Positions 19,892 through 31,087 of a stretch of DNA of 64,000 bases are shown here, piece after piece; the first letter of the stretch is position 1, and each line of letters starts with the position of its first letter. Origin of the DNA: an uncultured bacterium (lineage in GTDB: Bacteria; Babelota; Babeliae; Babelales; Vermiphilaceae); the NCBI GenBank assembly GCA_963701085.1, contig OY969561.1, positions 736,001 through 800,000 of the forward strand, written 5' to 3'. The notes below the pieces were generated by a model. That model did not search any database. It was not told where the DNA came from and saw only the letters and a list, made by a program, of their open reading frames with translations. The position numbers were made by a program, and so were the translations under genes.

Positions 19892-20671
19892 TTATCGAAT
19901 TAATTCCCAGACAGTAAGCAGATCGGCCATTGATAATTCTTGTGCACGCAATGCCAAAGAGATTTCGGTAACCTTTTCCATTTTATAATGCGTATGCGCA
20001 AGATTATTTTTTAATGTGCGTCGCGGCTGCTTAAAGCAATGCTTAATAAAAATCCAAAATTTTTCTTCTTCGGGAATTGGCGTAATTTCAGCGTGCGGCT
20101 TAAAATATATTGTGCGCGAAAATACTTTTGGTGCAGGATGAAATGCTGTTGGTGGAACTTTATCAAGCAGCTTCCACTCAAAATAATGCTGAAAAAAGAG
20201 GGATGGATATCCATATCCACGTCCTCTTTTTTTTACTATTTTTTGAGCTACTTCTTCCTGTATCATAACAACACCTTCCTTGAGCAAATGTCTGTGCTCT
20301 TGAAAGCGATGCAAAATAGGAAAAGTAACTTGGTACGGTAAATTAGCTAAGATAGTCCATGGTTTATGCTCTTCAAGTTTTGCAAAATCTATATCGAGAA
20401 AGTTTTCTAAATTAACGGTAAGCCGGTCATCATGCTTAAATTTATCACGAACATAATCCGCCCAATCAGGATCAATTTCAAATACCTCAAGCCTTGCTGC
20501 TGGTGTTGCTAAAATATATTTGGTCAAAAATCCATCACCACAACCAATTTCAAAAATTGATGTTGTTGGCTTTATTTCAACCGCAAAAATCATATTATGC
20601 ACAATGCGCACATCACGCAAAAAATGCTGTCCGAACTGTTTTTTTAAAGGAATGCCTTGTGAATATGCCAC
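19892..20671 (-). CDS. rsmA: 16S rRNA m6,2A dimethyltransferase
   Basis: KKQFGQHFL, EIGCGDG, EID, ANLPY, F.PAPKV.S. Confidence 0.96.
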   Translation of the reverse strand: MAYSQGIPLKKQFGQHFLRDVRIVHNMIFAVEIKPTTSIFEIGCGDGFLTKYILATPAARLEVFEIDPDWADYVRDKFKHDDRLTVNLENFLDIDFAKLEEHKPWTILANLPYQVTFPILHRFQEHRHLLKEGVVMIQEEVAQKIVKKRGRGYGYPSLFFQHYFEWKLLDKVPPTAFHPAPKVFSRTIYFKPHAEITPIPEEEKFWIFIKHCFKQPRRTLKNNLAHTHYKMEKVTEISLALRAQELSMADLLTVWELIR

Positions 20672-20680
20672 GTGATTTAT

Positions 20681-21736
<1,056 letters not shown>

Positions 21737-21750
21737 TTATTCCCTCAAAT

Positions 21751-22977
21751 TTAATAAGCTAACTCCACTCCCAATGACACCTTATTTGTCTTAGGAACAT
21801 TGTGCGATACAAAAAGCATCGATGGTACATCCCATCTAAAAAACAAAATCGGATCTATAATATGTTTTGTATTTTGTTTTCCAAAATCATAAAAAATATT
21901 AATCGTAAAATAATCAGATCCCCACTTTGATGTAGCAATAACCTGTGATAAATCAACAGGGATTGTTTGATCTTCCCGACGATCACACCACTGATCTTTC
22001 CAGTGCGATGTTAACGTATAATGAACACCCACGCCAAGACCACCACGCAAGTTTTCTAAAATAAAATAAGGCGAAAATGCCAATGTTGCACCAGGACTAA
22101 TATGAGCCTTACCAACAATAGGACCAAAAATATAAGGCTCACTTGCCACCATGGGCATACGAGCCAGCGTTGTACGCGCTATACGCTTACTAATTTCCAA
22201 CAAAAAACCAACTTTAATATCTTCTTTCAGCTCAAACAATGAATCACCTTTAAGATAAAAACCACCAAACCCGTTACCACCATAGGGAATTGATGCTGCG
22301 TTAAACACATTGGTTTTTACTCCTGTTGGCACAAATCCACCAAATGTTAATCCTGCATAAATTCTACGACATTTTAATGTATAATCCCACTGCCTGCTGC
22401 CCCGAACGTACACATCAATATCACCAATGCCATGCTGTGCTGCATTATTTTCAATTAAGCCAATCTCCTCAAACGCCAATCGTTGTGACTGCTCAATTTC
22501 ATTATAATCGCCTGGTTTTAAATTTCTCACCTTCTCACGATCAAGACGAAACGTTTGACGTGAATTAGTTTTCAAAAACATCAACTCACACCCAACAGTA
22601 AAATGATCCGACAGACTTTGACAATATCGCATAAAAAAACCTTCCCCCTGAATGCGGCCATTCACAAAGAAAGGAAGTTCTCGTCCCAATAAATCAGAAC
22701 GTAACGGACTTTTACCAGTAATTTCTAACAAAGATGTTGCCAATGTATTTAAATCAAATGTGCCAAACAGTTCTGGAATACCAACTGTTTTTTCATCACG
22801 TGCAAATGCTTCACTTGCCGTTATCGCAACAAAATCAAGTTCATATGCCGAAGGCAGCCCCTCAATAAAAAATTGCTGCGGAACAAAAAGAGGAATAAAC
22901 CGATCATCATATATTGTTGCATGACTTATCTGAGACATACATAAAAAAATAGTAAAAATAAAAAACTTTTTCGACAT
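21751..22977 (-). CDS. Hypothetical exported protein, probably outer-membrane beta-barrel
   Basis: Signal peptide, GIGDI, amphipathic beta pattern, C-terminal aromatic residue. Confidence 0.65.
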   Translation of the reverse strand: MSKKFFIFTIFLCMSQISHATIYDDRFIPLFVPQQFFIEGLPSAYELDFVAITASEAFARDEKTVGIPELFGTFDLNTLATSLLEITGKSPLRSDLLGRELPFFVNGRIQGEGFFMRYCQSLSDHFTVGCELMFLKTNSRQTFRLDREKVRNLKPGDYNEIEQSQRLAFEEIGLIENNAAQHGIGDIDVYVRGSRQWDYTLKCRRIYAGLTFGGFVPTGVKTNVFNAASIPYGGNGFGGFYLKGDSLFELKEDIKVGFLLEISKRIARTTLARMPMVASEPYIFGPIVGKAHISPGATLAFSPYFILENLRGGLGVGVHYTLTSHWKDQWCDRREDQTIPVDLSQVIATSKWGSDYFTINIFYDFGKQNTKHIIDPILFFRWDVPSMLFVSHNVPKTNKVSLGVELAY

Positions 22978-23082
22978 TGAACTACCCTGCGCTATTATAT
23001 TTGTCGAATCTTAAATTATTGCCACATCAACCTCTTATACTATAATATCTCATTTTCCTTTTTTGGAAAGCATGAGACTTTT

Positions 23083-23230
23083 TACCCAGGCTCGACTTCG
23101 CTTCGCCCGGGTACCCATCTAGAAGCTAAGGATCGATATAACTGACGAGCGAGATAGAAATTTTATATCCCTTCTTCCGCTCACCCTGAGTGTTCTACGG
23201 AATGTAATGGAGTAGAATGTATCGAAGGGT
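23083..23230. repeat. Cluster of palindromic elements in the divergent intergenic region
   Basis: TACCCAGGC..GCCCGGGTA (23083-23113); CCGCTCACCCTGAGTGTT..ATGTATCGAAGGG (23177-23229) matches the right arm of the 13301 element. Confidence 0.8.
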
Positions 23231-23378
23231 CAAAAAAGCACATGAAAGTTTTACAAAAACATGATACACTCTTGCAACAACTTTAATTAAAAAAATAGCC
23301 CTGATATTAAGGAATATTATGAAGAAATATCTCCTCGCACTCAGCGTTCTTACCGTAAGTAACCAAAAAGGAAATTTT

Positions 23379-24851
23379 ATGAATAACAATCTTCAAGCAG
23401 TTATTTTAGCTGCAGGAAAATCAACACGTTTTAATACAGAAACAACAAAACTTGCCCAACCAATTTGTGGGCAAGCAATGATTCTTTTCCCCACACAACT
23501 TCTACAAGCATTAAACATTCCTACAATTATTGTTGTTGGCTACCAACAAGAACTGATCAAAAGGATCGTTTCTGCCGAACATGATACCTCAGTCGATTTT
23601 GTAGTACAAGAAAAACAGAATGGCACTGGCCATGCTCTAGCGTGCACCAAAGAATTATGGAACAAAGATCATATTATTGTCCTCAATGGTGATGTTCCCT
23701 TTGTTACTGCAGAAATAATCACCTCTCTTTATACAAAACATATCGAACATGATGCAGCAATAAGCTTTGTAACATCATCCGATCCCGATGAAACAGCAAA
23801 AGCATATGGGAGAGTCATCACAACAAATGACCACATCAGCATTGTTGAAGCAAAAGATTTTATTGGCAACATTGATGAACATCGCTGTGTTAATGCCGGC
23901 ATTTATCTCATTAATAAAAACTTTTTACAAGACTACATTGCAACGCTTAACGATGCGAATGCAAGCAAAGAATTTTATATCACTGACCTAGTTAAAATCG
24001 CAAGCGATAACAATCTTGTTGTGACAACAATAGATACACCTTTTAATACCATTCGTGGAATCAATACATTCAAAGAGTTGTGGATAGCAGAGCAAATTAA
24101 ACAGACTGAAATGATTAATTATTGGATGACACAAGGTGTACGCTTCCAATCCCCTCAACAAGTTTACCTTGACCTTAACGTCACCATTGGCAAAGGATCG
24201 TATATCGGCTCTGGAGTCCATCTACGAGGCAACACAAACATCGGAAAAAATTGTATCATCAAAGAATTTTCCTCCTTAGAAAATGCAATTCTTGAAGACA
24301 ACATAACGATTTATTCACACTGCGTTATCAACAATTCATATATTAAATCAAACGCTCACGTTGGTCCTTTTGCTCATTTGCGAACAAATGTAACTATTGG
24401 GACGCAATGCACTGTTGGCAATTTTGTTGAAGTTAAAAACAGCACTCTTGATACAGCAACAAAAGCTAAACACCTCTCTTATATCGGCGATTCAACCATT
24501 GGTTCACATGTCAATATTGGCGCAGGAACAATCACCTGCAACTACGATGGTCTGAGTAAACATAAAACCATCATCAAAGATTATGCATTTATTGGCAGCA
24601 ACAACTCTATTGTAGCACCTGTCACTATCGGCACCAATGCCTTTACCGCGGCAGGATCAACCATAACAAGTGATGTTCCTGATAATGCATTAGGGATTGC
24701 ACGAGCACCACAAACAAACAAATATGAGTACGCAAAAAAATTAAAAGGTCTCCCAACACAAGAACAAGAATGCAAAGAAAACAAACTTAATGATTTTTCA
24801 TTTATTGGCGCTCGTGTTATCCATCCTGATACACCAGCAGATGAACAATGA
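23379..24851 (+). CDS. glmU: Bifunctional UDP-GlcNAc pyrophosphorylase / GlcN-1-P acetyltransferase
   Basis: VILAAGKSTR, GTGHA, GDVP, EFYITD, GPFAHLR, GNFVEVK, HLSYIGD, NYDG. Confidence 0.97.
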   Translation: MNNNLQAVILAAGKSTRFNTETTKLAQPICGQAMILFPTQLLQALNIPTIIVVGYQQELIKRIVSAEHDTSVDFVVQEKQNGTGHALACTKELWNKDHIIVLNGDVPFVTAEIITSLYTKHIEHDAAISFVTSSDPDETAKAYGRVITTNDHISIVEAKDFIGNIDEHRCVNAGIYLINKNFLQDYIATLNDANASKEFYITDLVKIASDNNLVVTTIDTPFNTIRGINTFKELWIAEQIKQTEMINYWMTQGVRFQSPQQVYLDLNVTIGKGSYIGSGVHLRGNTNIGKNCIIKEFSSLENAILEDNITIYSHCVINNSYIKSNAHVGPFAHLRTNVTIGTQCTVGNFVEVKNSTLDTATKAKHLSYIGDSTIGSHVNIGAGTITCNYDGLSKHKTIIKDYAFIGSNNSIVAPVTIGTNAFTAAGSTITSDVPDNALGIARAPQTNKYEYAKKLKGLPTQEQECKENKLNDFSFIGARVIHPDTPADEQ

Positions 24852-26092
24852 TTCGATTTATACATACAGCAGACATTCATTTTGGTATGGAAAATTATGG
24901 CAAAATTGATGCAAAAACAGGAATCCATACGCGTTTGCTTGATTTTGAAAAAGCACTAAATGCCTGTATTGATATTGCAATACAAGAATCAGTAGATTTC
25001 TTTTTATTTGCCGGCGATGCATACAAAACACACAATCCAAGCCAAACGCAGCAGAAATTATTATTCAAATGCTTTTTGCGTCTCTACAAAGCAGGCATCC
25101 CAATCGTAATTGTTATAGGCAACCATGATCATCCCTTAAGCTTTGGTAAAGCCCATGCACTTGATATGCTTGGTGAAATACCACTTGACGGTTTTCATGT
25201 TTTTTCAAAACCAGGCAGCATAGTTCTTACCACAAAAAATGGTCCCATAACTATCGTTGGGGTCCCTTGGCCAACACGCAACACAGTAGCAATTGCAGAT
25301 AAACATCTTGATAAATCAAACTCTCAATTAACAGAATATATTTCCCGGGCAGTTGCTCACATTATCAGCGATCATGCAAAAAAAATTGATCAAACAATTC
25401 CCGCGGTACTTGCAAGCCATATCACCGTAAGCACGGGAATATTTTCTGGATCAGAAAAACGAGCAATTTATGGTAACGATCCAATGCTTATGCCATCGCA
25501 ACTCGCAATAGCACCATTCGATTATGTTGCGCTGGGGCATCTTCATAGACACCAAAATCTTAATGAATCAGGATATCCTGCAGTTGTCTACTCAGGGTCA
25601 ATTGAACGCATTGATTTTGGTGAACGTAAAGAAGAAAAAGGTTTTTGCCTCGTGAGCATTCCAGAAAAGGGAAAAGCTGTGTATGAATTTATTCCGGTGC
25701 CAACACGCCCCTTCATACAAATTGAAGTAACGCTCATTTCAGGTATTCCGCAAACAGATCAAATTATTGAAGCCATCAAAAAACACAATTTGCACAATGC
25801 CATTGTTAAAATTGTATATCATGTCCCTGCTGGTAAAAAAGATTTAGTTGATTTAAAAATTATCGAACAAGCGTGCCAAGAGGCACTTGATTTGATTGGC
25901 GTAATTCCCGTACATAGTTTTGAAACACGCGAAAAAAGAGGTTGTGCTCTTAAAGTCACCATGGATCTACCTGAGTTGCTTGGCAGTTATTTTGCAACAA
26001 AACCTGAACTCACTGACAAACGTACTGACCTCATAGAAAAAGCTCTTGTTCTTTGGCAAAACCACCTTGACCAACAGGAAGAACATAATTAA
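24848..26092 (+). CDS. sbcD: SbcD/Mre11-family nuclease subunit
   Basis: HTADIHFG, AGD, GNHD, YVALGHLH, YSGS. Confidence 0.92.
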   Translation: MIRFIHTADIHFGMENYGKIDAKTGIHTRLLDFEKALNACIDIAIQESVDFFLFAGDAYKTHNPSQTQQKLLFKCFLRLYKAGIPIVIVIGNHDHPLSFGKAHALDMLGEIPLDGFHVFSKPGSIVLTTKNGPITIVGVPWPTRNTVAIADKHLDKSNSQLTEYISRAVAHIISDHAKKIDQTIPAVLASHITVSTGIFSGSEKRAIYGNDPMLMPSQLAIAPFDYVALGHLHRHQNLNESGYPAVVYSGSIERIDFGERKEEKGFCLVSIPEKGKAVYEFIPVPTRPFIQIEVTLISGIPQTDQIIEAIKKHNLHNAIVKIVYHVPAGKKDLVDLKIIEQACQEALDLIGVIPVHSFETREKRGCALKVTMDLPELLGSYFATKPELTDKRTDLIEKALVLWQNHLDQQEEHN

Positions 26093-26112
26093 AAAAACGA
26101 GGAGGGATATGG

Positions 26113-27099
26113 ATGAAGAAATTACCAATAATAACCTTCTTTTTTTGTATATCTATCAATAATTTCAACTTACCAACTTTACATTTCCGCGCTCGCCCTG
26201 AACATGTTGAAGGGTTTTCTTCGAGCGCTCGAGGATATCCTTCAACATGTTCAGGACGAGCGCAGCGAAGATCTGAACGCGTGTTTACTACTGAGCCTGT
26301 CGAAGTATCAGGACGAGCGCAGGAAACAATTAGTTTATGGATAAGTTCTAAAAATATATATCCCAACATAAAAAAATTTGTCGGCTATCACAACATCGCA
26401 ACCCATATTCACTGTATTAAGTGCTTGTCAAAATCAACCCATTTGTTATCACGTTTATGTAAACAACACTACTATTACAAGCCTTGCAATTGCATCGAAC
26501 AAAAAGATTGTATACGGATTGACTCAACAATTTTTTCCCATCAAAAGCTGCGTGACTGCCTACAAAAAATGGTACTCACAGGATCTCTCAAACCATTACT
26601 CGTGCTACTACGAGAAGTAAAAAACTATCGCTTGCTTCAAGATAGCCTCTTTTTTCATGAATTTTTTGTACTTATTTTTACCGTTCACAAACAAATTCTT
26701 TTTCATGAATGTGAAGAAAATCCTCATGCATTAAAACACACAACATTTGAAACCATTATTGATATAAGCAACAAGATTAACCAACTGCCAATCGCAGAAG
26801 TATTAAGCGCGATAGACATGTTAGTAACAGAACTTCCCATATTTTTAGAAAAATATGAATTCCATTCAAAAATAACCTGGAAAGAATGGCTCAAAAAATA
26901 TTGGTGGGTACCGCCAGTTTTTGGTGCATGGTTTGGACTAAAAATTTTACTCCGTTTGCAACGACCACAATTTTATTATTCATCACCATACCTTGCACCA
27001 CGGCCACAAATTCCATTGGAACCAATTGTGCTCGTTGAACCAACTGAACTGACTAATCCCGTATTATTAGAAATTAGAAAAGAAGAAAATCATAGCTAA
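26113..27099 (+). CDS. Hypothetical protein containing an in-frame MITE-derived segment
   Basis: GGAGG RBS; roughly codons 13-79 derive from repeat DNA; C-terminal hydrophobic segment. Confidence 0.75.
   Translation: MKKLPIITFFFCISINNFNLPTLHFRARPEHVEGFSSSARGYPSTCSGRAQRRSERVFTTEPVEVSGRAQETISLWISSKNIYPNIKKFVGYHNIATHIHCIKCLSKSTHLLSRLCKQHYYYKPCNCIEQKDCIRIDSTIFSHQKLRDCLQKMVLTGSLKPLLVLLREVKNYRLLQDSLFFHEFFVLIFTVHKQILFHECEENPHALKHTTFETIIDISNKINQLPIAEVLSAIDMLVTELPIFLEKYEFHSKITWKEWLKKYWWVPPVFGAWFGLKILLRLQRPQFYYSSPYLAPRPQIPLEPIVLVEPTELTNPVLLEIRKEENHS
26150..26348 (-). mobile_element. MITE copy (in frame within CDS)
   Basis: Right end reverse-complements to TTA-GAACTTATCCATAAACTAATT like the 45380 and 57257 copies; same internal palindrome; left TIR degenerate so left boundary is approximate. 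Confidence 0.75.
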
Positions 27100-27555
27100 T
27101 TATTTTTTTGCAATAATGTCGTGCACTCTATCTATTATTTTCTTCATAAATTCATAATATTCTGGAACTTCATGTGCAATGGCATCTGCTATTTCTTCAC
27201 GATAAATATGAGAAGTCATATTGCGTGACTTTACCATATCCATGTATTCAGAACCTTCAGATTCAGTTAATATACGTGCTGTCACTGCTTCGCGTATAAT
27301 TACCCGCGGAGAATTAATAGGCACATCTATATTTTCAACCTCTTCCAGATACAATTTTAGAACCTTCCAAAAAAGATCTGTACAATATTCAAACCGTTGA
27401 ATCATCGAATCTCGCATACTCGCGAATAAATACTCATTTTTTTCCGTAGGCTCTATTTCAAAAACTTTTTTATATTCGTAAAAAAGTTCAACCCCTTTTT
27501 GCAAAGTCTTTAATGCATCTAAATAATCAGTTATTTTTTCACTTATTCTTTCCAT
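27100..27555 (-). CDS. HEPN-domain (HI0074-like) toxin
   Basis: IQRFEY..WK, SPR..IREA, RNMTSHIY (RX4HXY). Confidence 0.9.
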   Translation of the reverse strand: MERISEKITDYLDALKTLQKGVELFYEYKKVFEIEPTEKNEYLFASMRDSMIQRFEYCTDLFWKVLKLYLEEVENIDVPINSPRVIIREAVTARILTESEGSEYMDMVKSRNMTSHIYREEIADAIAHEVPEYYEFMKKIIDRVHDIIAKK

Positions 27556-27842
27556 ATAGCACCATCTCTTAAAATTTTTTGTTGCATTTTTTCTGATACA
27601 GCTCGAAAATCAACTATATCAAAATTAATGGGTAAATTTGACTCTTCTAAATCACCAATAATATTACTCATTATCCTATTCTCAATTTTGTGCCTCATGT
27701 CTAGCGCAACATCAATATCAGAACCTTCTCTATAATCTCCGCGAGCACGAGAACCATATAATATAATTTTTGCATCAGGTGCATATTTTTCTATTATAGG
27801 CACAATAATATTTTTATATTCTTCGGTAAAATTATATTTCAT
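27543..27842 (-). CDS. Minimal nucleotidyltransferase (MNT) antitoxin
   Basis: LYGSRARGDYREGSDIDV (GSX10DXD); overlaps the HEPN start. Confidence 0.92.
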   Translation of the reverse strand: MKYNFTEEYKNIIVPIIEKYAPDAKIILYGSRARGDYREGSDIDVALDMRHKIENRIMSNIIGDLEESNLPINFDIVDFRAVSEKMQQKILRDGAIWKE

Positions 27843-27852
27843 TAAATTCTCT

Positions 27853-28728
27853 TTAAAAATAAACAACAGATGCGCTTTTAAGCAAAGCTTCTCGATATTT
27901 TTCCATTAACTCTTCATACTTTGGTCGACGCAAAATATCAACAATTTCTCTGTACGAATCTTCTAAACTTTTTACTGTCTCTGGTGTTTTTTCTACCAGT
28001 TTAAACATTTCAAAACCACCATTAACTTCTTCCGGCGATGAAATCTGACCTAGGTCCATGGAATAAATAAAATGCTTACTTTCTGCAACATCAGAATGAT
28101 TAATAACAAACGGCTCGCCCCACACAATGCCCGCAACCCCCTTGCCAGTCTGCGCATATTTCACTAAAACATTGCGCTGTGCGTTAGATGATAATTTTTT
28201 AGACTGCGGCACAAATGCTCGTTGCAATGTATACGTTGCTTCTATTATGGTTGCATGATCTTTATAATATTCTTCAACAGCTCTGCGTGGAACGATTAAA
28301 TTAGAACGAATTTTTATATCAAGCATGGTGTTAACTGTTTGCAACATCTGTAATTGCTCGCGACCTTCTTGAATGGTATAACCTGAAGCCGTGAATATAT
28401 CCTCTAACTCTTTTTCTGATAAATTATGTTCACGCTGCATTTGCACAAGATACGCATCAATCGCTTCTTCATCTTGCGGAATATGATGTTTTTTTGCATC
28501 AAGTAAAACTTCTCGCTCAAAAACTATTTCTTCTTTTGTACGGAATCCACCACCAAGACTTGGTCGATCAATATCTGATTTAGTAATAATTTCTACATCT
28601 TCCTGGCCATACACAACAGCTTCTATTTGATCTACTAAAATAAAATTTGAGGTATCAACATCGCTGACTACATCAGCGAAAATATGTGATGACATTATTA
28701 AAAACAACATCACTATGCGCATTTTCAT
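27853..28728 (-). CDS. SurA-like periplasmic chaperone
   Basis: Signal peptide, VDQIEAVV..IITKSD SurA-N pattern, degenerate PPIase GQISSP. Confidence 0.7.
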   Translation of the reverse strand: MKMRIVMLFLIMSSHIFADVVSDVDTSNFILVDQIEAVVYGQEDVEIITKSDIDRPSLGGGFRTKEEIVFEREVLLDAKKHHIPQDEEAIDAYLVQMQREHNLSEKELEDIFTASGYTIQEGREQLQMLQTVNTMLDIKIRSNLIVPRRAVEEYYKDHATIIEATYTLQRAFVPQSKKLSSNAQRNVLVKYAQTGKGVAGIVWGEPFVINHSDVAESKHFIYSMDLGQISSPEEVNGGFEMFKLVEKTPETVKSLEDSYREIVDILRRPKYEELMEKYREALLKSASVVYF

Positions 28729-28759
28729 ACTGCTATCCTTTGTCGTTCGTATCCTATTT

Positions 28760-29671
28760 CTATTCATTATACTCTTCATAAGCCGCAAATAACTCCTCTA
28801 ACCGTTCGCATTGCATTTTTTTTGCATGCATACGTGGAGTTAAGCCATTTTCATCAGGTGCATTAATCTGTATATTCATATTATACTCTAATGCATCGTA
28901 TATCTCGTATGCCTCATCAAACCATCTGTTTTGTTCATATTGCTTAATTTTGTCAAAGAATAGCTGCTGTGCGTGACAAGCTTCTGCATCATATATTTCT
29001 TTTACAGACTTTTGCTGTAATCTTTTTTGCACTGCTTTAAGTAAATCTGGTCCACTCATTTTTAATCTGCCGTATATAGCCCTATTTCCAAAAGCTGCAG
29101 GAACATACCATATTGGATGTTCAAAAACAGCTCGAATAGGTCCCCATTTTGATTCTATACAATCATCACCGGCAACAATTCCTGTATGAGTTATTCTGTG
29201 TAATAAATCTTTTTCCCTCTCTGGTGATATATACATAATAATATCTCCAGGTCGTACAGACTTACCATCAATCACATCAAAAAATTCGATAATGCTAACA
29301 CCATATTCTTTATCTTTAAACAAACCTGCATAATAATCTTCTAGACCTGGAATATTCAAAACTTTAGAAGCTTTCCCCACAATTTCCATCAATTTAGTAA
29401 AAGCATAGTTATGACACGTGCCATACCTTTTTCCAAGAGGAATTTCTTCTTTAATAACAATTTTACCTTGTGATATATCCACAACCTCTTGCGGAGAGTC
29501 TTTTATACGCCACTTTTGCCGCATGATATCTAATTCGTCACTTTTATTGATCACATGACGTGTAAACTTTTTTTTCATACCTGCAGGTGTTTTGGTAATA
29601 TGCATACCAAAAATTGAATGAGAAACGATTAAAGATAATGAATATATAAGCAATGTATATTTTGTGTGCAT
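28760..29671 (-). CDS. Exported protein with a possible papain/NlpC-P60-like Cys-His core
   Basis: TCHNYAF, PGDII.Y, HTGIV, ESKWG, EHP. Confidence 0.6.
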   Translation of the reverse strand: MHTKYTLLIYSLSLIVSHSIFGMHITKTPAGMKKKFTRHVINKSDELDIMRQKWRIKDSPQEVVDISQGKIVIKEEIPLGKRYGTCHNYAFTKLMEIVGKASKVLNIPGLEDYYAGLFKDKEYGVSIIEFFDVIDGKSVRPGDIIMYISPEREKDLLHRITHTGIVAGDDCIESKWGPIRAVFEHPIWYVPAAFGNRAIYGRLKMSGPDLLKAVQKRLQQKSVKEIYDAEACHAQQLFFDKIKQYEQNRWFDEAYEIYDALEYNMNIQINAPDENGLTPRMHAKKMQCERLEELFAAYEEYNE

Positions 29672-29743
29672 GCAAACTTTCTATCGCTCAGGACGAACGG
29701 TCTTTATCAATTTTATAACAAGCTCAAGTATAACGTATTTATT

Positions 29744-29772
29744 AAAAAAGGGGAGCCGGAGCTCCCCTTTTT
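29744..29772. terminator. Rho-independent terminator (bidirectional form)
   Basis: AAAAAGGGGAGC-CGGA-GCTCCCCTTTTT. Confidence 0.85.
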
Positions 29773-29792
29773 ATACAATGTTCACTGCATTA

Positions 29793-30830
29793 TTATGCAA
29801 CGCGTTTTTCTGCTACTTGTTTTTTATCTGCTGCGTTAGCAATGCCACCAGTTGGTTGCTGCATTTCTTCTTGCGGCATTTCCGCACCTTTGAAGTAATC
29901 TTCATTCACTTCAACCACGTACTCTTTACGCAATTCATTGATCTCTTTTTCAAACAGTTCAACGCGTTTATTTTGTTCTAGCTCCTGTTTAAGCTTATCT
30001 TTGATTTGTTCATAAGGGATAAATTTAGGCTCTTCTTTTCCAGTAGCGTTAACAACCCAGAATTTTCCATTAACTTCAAACAGTTCGATTGATGGAACCG
30101 TTTTAATGCCAATAATTTTATCACGAAGCAATTCATCTATGCCAAGACTTTGACTATTCACTAACTTAAAATCTTTAATTTTTGCATTAAGATTATCATC
30201 TTGTGCTGTTTTTTTGAATCCACCTGGTGCTGCTTTTGCTCGTGCAACAAACGCTCGTGCTGCTGCACCATCAGCAAATTCAATACCGCTTGCCATAATA
30301 CCACCTTGTGATGTCATTACGCCACGCAATTTATCTTTATTTGTGTCATAAAAGGCTCTCACTTCAGAATCAGGCACGGAGACTGTTTTCTTTTCACTAA
30401 AATATTTTGCATTAAGCATGCGCTCCATTGATTCACATAAATCTTTTAACTCTGCTTTATACGCCGCTGTTTGATTTATTCCTTGTGAAATAACATACTC
30501 ATCAGCAATTTTTTGACCAATAAGACCTTCTAACAGATTACGATCAAATGCTTTAGGATCCATAAACCCTAATGCCTGTCTAATTTGAGGATTTGCTTTG
30601 AGAAATTTTTCTTTTTCTAAAGCTAAAGTATCAGTGGTAATTGCCGGCTTTCCTTTCATGGTAACCAGCACTTCACCCGTCATTGGAGTTGAAGTTTCAC
30701 CAGCAGCTTTACTTTCTATTGCAGTTTGGCCACCACCCTTGAACATATCGAGCAATGCGCACCCTGGCAAAAAAGAAAGTGTTGCAAAAATACCACCTGC
30801 TAATATCTTTTTATGCGTTTTTTTATTCAT
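29793..30830 (-). CDS. PrsA/PpiC-like lipoprotein foldase
   Basis: Lipobox LPGC; chaperone-type helical N- and C-domains with degenerate parvulin region. Confidence 0.7.
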   Translation of the reverse strand: MNKKTHKKILAGGIFATLSFLPGCALLDMFKGGGQTAIESKAAGETSTPMTGEVLVTMKGKPAITTDTLALEKEKFLKANPQIRQALGFMDPKAFDRNLLEGLIGQKIADEYVISQGINQTAAYKAELKDLCESMERMLNAKYFSEKKTVSVPDSEVRAFYDTNKDKLRGVMTSQGGIMASGIEFADGAAARAFVARAKAAPGGFKKTAQDDNLNAKIKDFKLVNSQSLGIDELLRDKIIGIKTVPSIELFEVNGKFWVVNATGKEEPKFIPYEQIKDKLKQELEQNKRVELFEKEINELRKEYVVEVNEDYFKGAEMPQEEMQQPTGGIANAADKKQVAEKRVA

Positions 30831-31087
30831 ATCTACCCTTTATAGTTAAAAAATGTATACAGTGATAATAATTTTCTATCCTATCACAGAATCGACATTT
30901 TACAATGCCAAAGTCGAATAAACATAAATAATAAAAAATAGCTTTTATTTATTTTAAACACGCGTTAAAATGTCCTCAATTTATCTAACAAAAAAGGAGT
31001 GAGTTACAAAAAAAATAAATAGCCCCATACCACAGTCCACTTAGAAAACATTGCGAGATATACTCATATAAATAAAAAGGAATCTCT

